From Camelus dromedarius (lineage: Eukaryota), in contig NC_087437.1 of the NCBI RefSeq assembly GCF_036321535.1, forward strand, positions 36,582,001-36,646,000: a stretch of DNA of 64,000 nt, written 5' to 3'. The position numbers and the translations under genes were made by a program. Of this stretch, positions 52,820 to 64,000 are shown piece after piece. Under the pieces are notes generated by a model. The model ran no database searches, had not been told where the DNA came from, and was given only the letters and a program-made list of their open reading frames with translations. How positions within the stretch are numbered: the stretch's first letter is position 1; every line of letters begins with the position of its first letter.

Positions 52820-53750
52820 TTCTCATAACCTGACCTCTCCCAACTCACAATTTCCCTTATTAATAACATTTTCTTTTAGTGTGGTACTTTTGTTCCAAGT
52901 GATGAACCAATACTGGCACATAATTATTAACTAAACTCTATAGTTTATATTAGGAGTCATACTTTGTGCTATACAGTTGTATGGATTTTGACAAATGAAT
53001 AATATTGTATAACCGCTGCTAGAGTGTCATGCAGAATATTTTAATGCCCTGAAAGTTATGTGTTCCACATATTCATCTTTCTCTTCTTTTCTATTGCCCC
53101 CATATCTAACTTCTTACCCAAGGTTCCTCCATATCTTTTCATGGCTCGGTAGTCCATTTCTTTTTATCAGTGAAAATGCCCCATTGTATGGATGTACTAC
53201 AGTTTTGTTTATCCGTTTATCTATTGAAGGGCATCTTGGTTGCTTCCAAATTTTTGCAACATTTGTGTACAGATTTTTGTGTTTATGTATGTTTCAGCCC
53301 ATTTGCTTAAATTCCTAGGAGAACAGTTGTTGGATTGTGAGATATGCCTGTGTTTGGTTTTGTAAAAGACTGTCAAACTGTGTTCCAGAGTTGCTCTATG
53401 AATTTGCATTCCCACCATCAATGAATAAGATTTCCCATTGCTCTGCATACTACTCAGCATTTGATATTTCTAGTCTTTTGGATTGTAGATATTCTTTTGT
53501 ATATAGTGATATCTCATTATTGTTTTAATTTTTAATCCCTTAATGGCATATGATGATGACCACCTTTTCATATGCTTATTTGCCATCTATATCTCTTCTT
53601 TGGTGAGGTATCTATTCTGAATATTTGCCCAATTTTAACTGAGCTGCTTATTTTCTTATTACTGAGTTTGAAAATATCTTTGTATATTTAGATACCCATA
53701 TTTTATCAGATATGTTTTGCAAATATTATCTTTTAGTCTGTAGGTTGTCT
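52820..53750 (-). mobile_element. L1 3' region (L1MC class)
   Basis: gatgaaccaatactggcacataattatt, gggcatcttggttgcttccaa, tttgcattcccacca, tgcttatttgccatctata. Confidence 0.9.
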
Positions 53751-54019
53751 ATTCAACAGATACTTTTAATGGAGGAATGTGAGTGGGGTCATACTACTCT
53801 GTTTATGTTACTGTTGTTGGCTCTTCATGGGTATGCCACTACTACTGTTCTATGCTTTTCTCTGTCTATCTGGACTCCTCCTGCCAATAACCTGCTTGCA
53901 CAGGGGGAATGGTTCCTGAATTAGCACTGCTGCTCTCTTCAGAAAGTGGTTCTATATTTCAAACGTATCCCTCTCTTCATCAGAGAACATAAGCAGTGAA
54001 AAAGTTTATAAGACCTGAT

Positions 54020-54250
54020 GCTGGAAAAGTGAAGTCTCACAGTGATATGCAGGCCCCTCTGCAAGTGTATTCCTCACTCTGCAAGATGTGTTCACATATG
54101 GCAATTTCCAAAAGTGCCTAAAACGGAATGTAGAGCAGGTTCCTATTCTTTCTACAGGAATCCCAGTTTTCATGTATATTATAGCTGTGGTTTCTCATTA
54201 ATGATATTAGGAGTCCCTGAATATTTGGCAATGGCAAATAACTAGGAACT
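54020..54250 (+). pseudogene. Fossil EGF-like repeat coding segment
   Basis: *YAG/PLCK, YGN, ECRAG, STGI. Confidence 0.45.
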
Positions 54251-55204
54251 GAACTGCCTAGAATATATTGAAGAGATTTTTAAAATATAGTGAAATAATT
54301 TGCGAATCTATTTAACAGAACCTCAGCCTTCACAAACAATATCTTCTATGACACTGGCATGTAAAAATAATTATTTTTTCCTTGAACCAAAATAAACCTA
54401 TTTTTATTAGACATAGAGGGCTACATCTATTTAGAAACATTAAGGAGAAAAAAGAGGGGCAGTTTAAAGTTTAGTTTAAAAAATGAATGAGTTTAAAGGG
54501 AAGGAAACAGAATGGAAGCATTTATTGATCTGTTAAAAAGGATACAATTTTAACTGTATTTATTAAAAGGACATAGATTTTGTTGTGAAGTTAGCATGGA
54601 CTCAGTAAAGATTCCATAATGAATATTAAATTTCAAAACAATTTTCTCACACCAAAAATTTTTGTCAAACATGTAAGTAATTCTGTGTATTTGGAAACAA
54701 AGTTATTATTGCTACGGGGATCATATATTTTAACTACTATGAATAGAACAGCATTCATCTTAAAATAATTCACCATTGATAAAAAAATATGGTGAAAAGG
54801 TCTCTAAAACATTTCTAGAACTTAAGAAATCTTGAATGAAGATATCTTCCTTAATATCATGTTAGTTCTAAAATAACATGGGTGAAATGTAATTTTTTTT
54901 TATCTGTTTTAAATGTTCCGTTGTGTTTATATCATTTTAGGGAACAAATACGTATTCATAAGAGTTGCTGAAGGTTAACAGATATTTCCCCTCCCTATGC
55001 TATTAGATCCAGAAACCACAAATTCTTCTCCTACAGAAATTAACAGACGTCTTTATCACTGCAGAAGGGTTATTTTACATATTTGCTGTCTATGCATAAA
55101 AATTAATCAATTTGGATATTTTTTTCCAAAAGAACACATTGTCAGTCTAGGAGCTAGATGTCAGATACTCTGCTTTTCATTTAAGACATTAATTTATCTA
55201 AAAT

Positions 55205-55345
55205 ATATTTATTTATTTTTGTATATGTATTTTTTATTGAAGTATATTCAGTTTACAATGTTGTGTCAGTTTCTGGTGTACAGCATAATGTTTCAGTCAT
55301 ACATGAACATACATACATTTGTCTTCAAATTCTTTTCGATAATCT
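55205..55345 (-). mobile_element. Short, younger L1 3' end (5'-truncated)
   Basis: ttttattgaagtatattcagtttacaatgttgtgtcagtttctggtgtacagcata, an artiodactyl-type L1 tail. Confidence 0.8.
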
Positions 55346-55844
55346 ATTTTTAAGGAAGTAAGGAAAATATTTTTGCATGGAAACCCCTCAAAGATTATAC
55401 TAATGACAAAGTTAGATGTTATAAAATATTACTACAACTAGTAAAATAGGATTTTATTTACACTGTACACTAGAATCCATCCAGCTAGACTATGAAAACT
55501 ATGTTGTGATTTTCACAATTTTACATCTTTGGACAGTTGCAAACTTGAATTAAAAAAACTGAGTGTGTAACATAATAATCACACCACAGGATCTATATTT
55601 TATTGAGCAATTACTATGCTCCAGATACTGAAATAAATGTTCATATTTATTATCTCATTTCTTCCTCATACAACATTGTGTATTGTGAATAGAAATCTTT
55701 ATATAATGGTAAGAATTCAGAGGCTGAAGGGGTTTAAATAATTTCTCTGAGGTCACATCCTCATCAGTGGCAGCACATGGGTTAAAAGTTACATCTGTGT
55801 GACTCACAGCCTATTCATACTCGACATTCTCCCTTTTCCTTTAG

Positions 55845-56450
55845 TTAGACAAATTGTGGATCTTAAGCATTTTAAAAAGAAATGTGGAGATATAAATTTT
55901 GTTCAAGGCCAAAGGGCTGGAAAACTGATCTCCAGAGTGCTTCTTGTAAGAAATGGATGTTTACGTGTAATAACTTGCACCAAGCAGGTGACTGTGTCAT
56001 TAATCAGTATTACGCCTTAGCTGTTGTGTCTGGGTGAGAGTTAGTGGTCTGTTTCAGGAACTTTCGGCACTATGTGAGGAGAGGTTCATTTTTCAACTGA
56101 CACTGCAAAAAGAAATTTAAAATTCACCTCCTGTCCCACTAACATGTTGAACTTTGACCCAGCTGTATCTACAGAGAGGATCCAAACAAACAAAAACCCA
56201 TAAATGTACAACCATAACAGCTATAAAATGGGCTGAATTTTAACCCTACTCTTTAATTATAAGAGCCAGCAGTGTACAATTGGCAAAGTCTTCCTTAGAA
56301 ATCAGTGGACAATTTGGCACTTAAAGAACTATTCATTGAAGAGTATAATAAACAATCATGATTTCAGTAACAAACTACCTGATGCAGAAGACTGGCATTA
56401 TTACACAGATGAAATTAGAAAAGGACAGCTGAGGAACCACAGAAAAGGAA
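55845..56450 (+). pseudogene. Fossil multi-EGF coding segment
   Basis: VDLKHF..KCG, SASCK (55936)/NG/TCNNL..DCV, ALCEE, FFN*HCK, SGQF, ELFIEEY..QS*. Confidence 0.65.
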
Positions 56451-56553
56451 GTAGACTTTACTAGAATACATTATACTGAACTGATTCATGATTTTTGCTA
56501 ACTCTTTGTCAATTAGCTACTAAAGTATAAACCCATTGTATATTCTCTATATT

Positions 56554-56692
56554 TATGGAGACCATGTAATTTATCATACAAACCAGGAATTTTTTTTTTT
56601 GGATAATGAGAAGAAGCTCTATTTATATTTCTCTAAGACAACAGATGAAAAGCAAAACTCTCCTGGGCAAAGCAGGGTACATCGTCATTTTA
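56554..56692 (+). mobile_element. MER94-like hAT-Blackjack DNA transposon (a MIR follows at ~56720-56930)
   Basis: ggagaccatgtaatttatcatacaaaccagga…actctcctgggcaaagcagggtacatcgtca. Confidence 0.7.
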
Positions 56693-57059
56693 TTTACAGT
56701 TGTTACATATTCATATAAACAGGAAGTAGAAAGAGGACTTGAGGTTAAAGATCATGAGTTCATATTTACTGGTTCAACCATTAGTTGTGTGATTTTAGGC
56801 AAATTACTTAGTTACTTTGAACTGAAAAATGAAAAGAAGAGAAATACCTAATTTCAAGAGTTGTGCGAATTAAAAATTATATTGACATCATGAATAACAC
56901 AGTGCTTAGTACATTAAAGATATTGATGGAAGAAATTTTCACGTATTGAGGTACTGGGAAATCATTTTGGTTTATACATGATTTAGCTTGAACATTATAC
57001 TAACTAGAACAGCCTGTCTTATAATCTATCAAGCATGCATTGTACATCTGCTTTAACCA

Positions 57060-57547
57060 TTAAAGAAAATAATGTATTTAAAAATAACAATGGAGTAACT
57101 GTGTTTCAAGCATCCAAAATGGATTTGGGTGGCCCTTGGGGATGTGGTTTCAGACACATTCCTGCATCGATGAGAACTTAATTTTTCCAAACTGTATTAA
57201 GCTCAAAGTCACCACCTGTTCTCCTCAATATTTGCTAATAGCTGCCAGCTGCAACCCCCAGTCTTAAAATATCCCCTTGTAACAATGCAACCCTTTTGGA
57301 TCCCAACTAATCCTTGCTTAACAAGCATCCTTACTTCTTGCCAGCTCCAATGTTAATTCTTAACAAATAAATTATATAACTTTTGTGGTTTTTTGCCTAT
57401 GTAAGCCTCTCCAGTTTTTTCGTCCAGTGGAACACAATTCATGTGCTTCTTGAATCTGTGTCTCCAGGACTATAGTCCTCAGTTTGGCTCAAATAAATCT
57501 CTTTTCTTCTCCTATTATAGATTATTTATTGATTATTTCTGTTTGCA
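57060..57547 (+). mobile_element. ERV1-type solo LTR
   Basis: aatggagtaact near start; gtcctcagtttggctcaaataaatctct poly(A) region; ends ..gca. Confidence 0.7.
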
Positions 57548-58519
57548 ATATTCAATAAGCAGATATAGTTAGAATCCTAGTTCTCATTATGTAGCTTAAT
57601 TTATTATCATTAATCTATTTGTTATATTAATGTACTGCTGAGTGATGGAATCCCAAGTTTTGAAACCTGAAAGGGGTAGAAACTCTCTGACTCTAACATA
57701 TCAAATATCTATGCTTAGATTTACCAAAAGCAAAACCACATCCTTAAAAATTCTGTCTTCATAGGATTGATTGTGTATGAGTGTATCGATTTAAAACACC
57801 AAAATAATGATATTCTACTTTGATAAGTGAAAAGCAATAAAATGTTCATAACAATGAATAGGAGAAAACATTAGAATTAAACTTCTTTAATAAAGACCAA
57901 TTAATTCACTAATCTGAAACAATAAATAGGCTATTTTATATAAAATAAAATAAAGTTTTACTATTTATAGTTTAAAACACAAAATAAACAATGAGGTTCG
58001 GTTAATACATGTGAGATCGGATTTTAGAAACATGAATGCAAGATGTGAAAAGTGCAGGAAATGAAAGTAAAATTTGTTTCCAACTTTTAGTAATTTACTT
58101 ACATGACCTATCATAAGCCAAATCCATTGATTTTTTTTAATGCTAATAGACCTGTATGCACACTTACATATGCCTATGTTTAAGTGGGCTTTTTTTTTGC
58201 TTTAGAATATGTAAATATGCATATATATACGCACACACATATATATAAACAGTATATTGCATTTACCTCTCAGCATTATTATAGTGCCAATCATGTAATT
58301 TCAATATTAAGAAATTGAATTGGCTGAATGCTTAATTAAAACATTCTCTATTATGCTATTTTTAATCAAAAGAAGGTAAAAATCAATGTTGTAACAGAAA
58401 ATATAAGAGTATACGTTATTTTCCCAGAAAAGTATATGTTATTATAACTTGTGTATCCTCATAGCTATAACACAGCAAAGTACAAACAAGGGGTGCTTTA
58501 TTTTTTTAAAGAAAGTTTT

Positions 58520-60935
58520 AAGTATATGCAAGACTATAGTTTCCTCATGTTTCACAACGCAATCCATTTGCCAGCCCTTTTAGCCTTTCCCTGTTCAGAG
58601 CCCTGAACGACCAAGCCACATCTTACTGTGAGGGAATTAGTTTTGACACCTTGAGATATTTAATTATTTGCAACAGTGAGTCAGATAAAAGTGAAGTTGA
58701 GAGAAACTTTTGAAGCTCTAGGAAGATATATATGCTCAAAATACCATTTTAGGATATTTTAACCATGAAAAGACAAATAATAACATAATAGAAGTATATA
58801 AATATGGTTTGTACATTTTTAGGAAATGAACATATTACAAAATAAGTAGAAATGTAAGGTTTAGCAATTAATCACATTTTTTACATTCTGCTATTCAGAA
58901 CAGATAATCTCACAGAGGGAAGTAAATGTAATGTTCATTTAGCACAACCATTCATTTTACAGTTGAGGGAACTGAGGTTCAGAGAGGTTAAGTGATTTGC
59001 CAAGGTCTCTTGCCAGTTGCTGTTAAACTCAGAAAGAAACAACATCTAGGTTTCTTACTTGCCTAGTATTATTTTATTAATTTCATTTGCCAATAACAAT
59101 AGCAATTTAAGATATCCAAAAGTCTGCTGCTATGGATAATATTTTTCATGAGAAAGTTGTGTTAATTAAATTTGTATAATTATAAAAATGGTACGATTTT
59201 CCCAGTAAGCCTATGGCTATGCTGATTTACATGGCTATAATTTTTAATCTATTAATTATTTCATTTATTGATTAAATAATTCTTAATTTTTTAATTAAAT
59301 AATCTATTTTATATATGCATGTATGCATGTGTTTGTGTGTGTGTATGTCTGTGTGCATTTTAAAGTCTGTTTTTCTTCATAGTTTTTAAAATCTTTTTAA
59401 AAATTACCTTCTGAGAGTGATAATGAGTTCAATTTGGTATATAAAATAAATATTTCAATTGATATTTATTCATACTCATCCATGGAAGATAAAATGTTTT
59501 AAGATGTCTATCGTTCAATGCAAAATATGTTACAAACACAACTATTTGGTATTTTAGCCTGTTAATATGTTAAAGATATACTGTGAAAGACATTGACTAT
59601 ATTGATTAAACTTTTGTATTAAAGTATATGGGAACTGTTTAGCACTTCATTTTTATCATTCTTATAACTGTAAGTATACTCAGCTTGAAGTTGTTAAAAA
59701 TAAGTGTGTATAAGTCTAGGAAGAAATATTTAAATATTGCATACTATAAGATGATATAAGTCTAGGAGGAAATAGGCTTCTATGTGTGCTATTTTTCTGT
59801 CCATAATTTGCACGTGAATATTCCACATGAATTATATTTCTCAATTTGGAAATACTTGGAAGTTATCTTTAAATGTGCCCAAATCTAAGGTGACTAATTG
59901 TCTTAATTAATACGTCCCCTACTACTTTCTAAGTAAAAAGGGATGATTATTATTTTAGAAATAGTTCAGTCTTTGATTTCTATCTGATAATTGGCCTGGC
60001 TGAATTATCGTAGTCATTTTTTCCCCATTTTATTAAAGTATTATGAAACTGATAAAATCTCCCACTATAATAAAAAGATAGGTAGATATCTAACCCCTTT
60101 GTATATTACATACTAGCATCTTTGTTTTGTAAAATTTTTTTTTAATGCTCCCTTTTTATACTGAGTGATGAAATTGCAGGATAAGTTCCGTATCCAGGAA
60201 GCTTTGCATGATCTAATATAACTAGCTATGCATGTCTTCTTCATTTATTTACTCTTCATCTGTTTGTTGCATTATAGATATGTTTTTACAAAAAAATCTG
60301 TTAATAAGATTATAACTAAAATTACTTTGATTTTTGAAGAACAGATTCTTTAGTGACATGATGTACAAAATTCTGTTCAGTTTCCTCAAAACTTCATTAA
60401 AGTATTTTTATATTTTATAATTATTTTAATAATATAGAATCATGTGTGATTTGCTTTTCTATTTAATGATTGTTATTGAGTTTTCTTAATGCAATTTTCC
60501 ATTTACTTACTTGAAAAATTCTATCTTCAGAATTAATATGAACAAAGTTTTATTGATTTTTCTGGAAGGGAAAATGGGGAAAATTGTCAACACTTTTTAT
60601 AACTAGAGATATTAGTTCACATATTAAACAGAGAAGGGAGTACTCATTTTTTCAGAAAATAATTGCAGCAAATATCTCAAAAATAATTGACATTTATAAA
60701 CTACTTTCCTTGAAACATCAAGAAGTAATTTGTAGAAATTACTTAATAATCCTCTTACTAGATTCTGGTGGTAGATATTGTATTGTAATTTCAGTGTACT
60801 TTGTATTAACAGCATTAATGGAGAGTATTAGTGCAGCTAATCTGTATGGAGTTACACATATGTAAAAGAAGCAAGGATCCAGTTGTAGATAACCCTGAAC
60901 ATTTGGTCACTTCTTTCACTTGTTTGCTAAGGCAA
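58520..60935 (+). pseudogene. Several fossil EGF-like segments (58520-58680, 59490-59620, 60140-60290, 60700-60935)
   Basis: FHNA/SYCE; NAKYV/IYCE-DIDY (59576); ITSYACL; GRYC, CINSINGEY*CS* (60802), HIC..DP..DNP..TSFTCL. Confidence 0.6.
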
Positions 60936-61219
60936 GCATTTAACCAAGAATGTTTTGTTTACTATCTTTCTCCTTGTTAGTTTAGTTTTCCCACAAAATA
61001 TCTTAGCCATTTTCACATATTTTCTGTTCTTTTTGCCCTTTGTCTCTGACAAAAAAAAAATGGGAAAGAATTATTTTTCTGTTTACATATCCAAAGTACA
61101 TTCAGTGTGTGTGCAAAAAAACACAAATTAACAGCAACAAGATACGTCTTTAACTATCCATAGGTCCTGAAGGAAACAACATGATTCTGTGCCTTATAGC
61201 TAGTTTATTTTCATTTATT

Positions 61220-61850
61220 TTTAAACAGCTTTATTGGGGTATAATTTATATACCTATCGATGCATTTTAAACTGCACATTTTTAAAGATCACAGTTTGGT
61301 AAGTTTTGACATCCCATTCACATGTGAAATCATCACCACAATAATGATAGTGGACATTATACATCAATAAAAAGTGTCTTCATGTTCCTTTGTAACCCCT
61401 CCATCCTAGTCTTTGTTCCCTCACAATGCTGATCTGTGTTTTATTGGGCTACGGTTTTAGATAGTTTGTATTTTCTAGTCCTATAAAATTGAATCATACA
61501 GTATGCACTCCTTTTTAAATTGTGTTTTACTTCTTTCACTACTAGCAAAATTATTCTGAAATTAATTCACATTATGTGAATTGACATTTTAATCCATGAA
61601 TTGTATTCTGTCATATAGATATCCCAGAGTTGGTTGATTCGTTTGCCTGTTGATACATTTGGGTTGTTTCCAAGTTTTGACTTTCTATGAACATTTATGT
61701 ACAAGTTTTTATATGGACATATGTATTGATTTCTATCCAATAATTGCCTAGTACTGAAATGACTGGCTTGTACAACAGGTATGAGTTTGACTGCAAAATG
61801 GTTTCCCAAAGTGGCTGCAAAATTTTATGTTCCCACAAGCAGCTATATAA
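61220..61850 (-). mobile_element. L1 3' region (L1MB/L1ME class)
   Basis: cagctttattggggtataatttata…gaatcatacagtatgcactc…acatttgggttgtttccaa. Confidence 0.85.
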
Positions 61851-62159
61851 TGTATGGTGAATTGGCAATTAGGAAGGAATTACTGTAAAAAATAAATAAT
61901 TTTTTTAAAGGTAGAAAGCAAATGAGTTTGTAATTCAAATTTATTTTATAGCTAGGTCTCTTAATATGTTTAATTGATACTCATGATTGAAAATGTAAGC
62001 ATATGATCTACCAATTAAAAAAAGTTGTTTGTAGATTTCTACCTAAAAGTGTTACCATGATAGTCATTCAGTTTTGGGAGCATAAATTAAGTTTAAACTC
62101 TTTATCAGAATAACATGATAATTAGAGTATAATAATTATTCTATTAAGAGTAGTCTCTA

Positions 62160-62760
62160 TGTAAAACTGTTTATAAAGGCTGCCAACGGATTCTCATGGT
62201 CTCAGCAAGAGCTGAATCTGCTATTACTGTTGTAGTCTTAAAATATGTAAGACTATGAGAAAGACTAATATGTTTGGCTTTATTTAGTTGCTCAACCATC
62301 ATTAATTTACACATACTCTGGTTTGCATTTTGTGAATGATCCAGGGAGCTGAGAGTGAAGGAAGGCAGAATTGAGAAGTTAACAGTTTAGTAAAAGAGCC
62401 AAGACATTCAGAACTAACAAATAGCAAGACAGCTGGACATATGAATGGTCCCAGGCTCAAGAACTGTATTAGGGTAGTAAAAGAGAAATTGGACCAGGTT
62501 AAGACTTTGCCCTATCAACCTATATAACTTGTGGCAGATAACTGAAAACTGAAATTATGCAAAAAAAATGCTTAGCATTCTCAGAACAAATTATCACTGT
62601 GAAAAATCTGGAGTTCTTTCTTTCCCAAGTAATGTTAGGATGCTTCAAATAACCTTAGCCAAGAGCTTTAATAAATATACTTACATACATAACATGTTTT
62701 CTGTGATGGATATATTCCCAAAGATTGCATTAACACAATGTTTGTATTAATGTTTTAAAT
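62160..62760 (+). pseudogene. Fossil EGF-like segments split by an MLT-like piece (~62240-62490)
   Basis: KAANGFSWS (62176); YHCEKS..SFNKYTYIHN; DCINT. Confidence 0.5.
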
Positions 62761-63259
62761 TCAAAGTAATCTTCTTTGCTTCTATAGGAAAGTTAGCTGC
62801 TACATAAAGACTCATTTGAGGTTTTTTTTTTTTTAAGTTACTTTGATTTTTTGTGAGAATGTATATTTTGGAGTTTTTGGTGTTTCTTATTCACTAATTT
62901 AGTCAACAAAACTATGGATTATCTTTTATGTGCAGGAGTGGTAACAAGCAGAATGAAATGAAGGAATAAAATGAGATGTAATGAATGTTGATTTTATGCT
63001 AGAGGAAGGAATAACTGTATCTGATATGGGTAGGATGCTTTGAAAATTAACTCACTGAGAATTTACAGTTCATATTGAGTTTTCATAGCCTAAGAGAGAC
63101 AGAGATAGAAAAAGACAGAGATAGGGAGACAGATAGAGGAAGATTTCAAATTAAAGAAAAAGCATTGGCAAGTGAAATCAAATGTCCAAACCATGAAAGT
63201 TTATAGAAAATTCAGTAAATGCTTATTATATTTGAAGAGTGTATAGTAGAAGACACATA

Positions 63260-63680
63260 GGAGGTGTCTTAAATAGAGTAATTGGGCCAAATACTTCTCT
63301 TCTTTCTCCCTTTGTCATGTATACCTGCATTTTCTCCTGTCAGAGGCAGAGGTCATTTTTCTACCATTGGTCTTTGAGTTAGGCATGTGGTACCCTTGGT
63401 TCAACTGATGGATGCTGGCAGATTTTGTGAACACAGGCTTAACATGGACTTGCACAGTTGGACTTTTCCTTTGTGCAGTTCTTACACTGCCACGATAAGA
63501 TGATGTCTCTGCTAGCCTGCTGATGCGTAGAGAATGGGAGACAGATGGAGCAGACTTGCAATATCCAATTTGGAGCCAAGCCTGTATGGGCCCACACTAA
63601 AGAAACACACCTACAATGTATAGAAGCAAATGAAAAATTTCCATCTAAAGATACAGAATTTTGCAGATAGGATAGCTATA
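63260..63680 (+). mobile_element. MLT1 (MLT1H-like) LTR
   Basis: ggcttaacatggacttgcacagttgg…ctagcctgctg…gagacagatggagcagac…tggagccaagcc. Confidence 0.75.
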
Positions 63681-64000
63681 TATGATGACTCTTCAGTTAA
63701 GAGTATGATGTTTTCTTAATACATTTTATTGTATTCGCTCTTTTATCAGAGATAGTCACTAAAACTGGGAAGCTAAATGTGTATAAATGTGCATTCACCA
63801 TGGTTCAGAGCTGTCTTATCCCTCACCTGATAAGTACTGAAAAAAAGAGACTTGTCAGTAGATTTGCCTTCAAACTATGTGCACAAAATATATTATAAGT
63901 ATTTTATCAGTTGTGTTTTAACATTAAGCAAATGACCTATATAAAATTACATAAATACTTTTTCTTTTTCAAGGTTTGATTTGGTCTGTAAGTGGTTTTA

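Noticed and set aside
879..62750. The supplied 60-120 aa ORFs as real genes
   Set aside because: All are short and lack coherent exon chains. They overlap TEs, low-complexity DNA or decayed EGF relics, so no intact CDS is called.
63961..63993. 14-nt microexon (ttttcaag|gtttgatttggtct|gtaagt)
   Set aside because: At the window edge, weak exon-side donor context, frame-shifting and without independent support.

Overview
This is AT-rich, repeat-dense mammalian DNA, most likely camelid (inferred from a tRNA-derived SINE of the camelid Vic-1 type). I find no intact protein-coding gene, RNA gene or CRISPR array. A large share of the window is recognisable interspersed repeat (L1/HAL1, L2, MIR, MLT1 MaLR, ERVL/ERV1 LTRs, MER94). 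The main observation is that much of the sequence between the repeats, from about 3.1 kb to the window end, translates on the + strand into frameshifted, stop-riddled fragments of tandem EGF-like domains (e.g. NSTDSYTCL, GRYCNITNLC, CINSINGEY*CS*, NTIGHFAC, IYCE-DIDY, MNSCAS..PGNF.CNC). This looks like the fossil of a very large EGF-repeat coding array, later broken up by ancient TEs. A lost part of an EYS-like gene is my best but unproven guess. All EGF calls and repeat subfamily names come from manual reading, not alignment, and boundaries are approximate unless TSDs are given.
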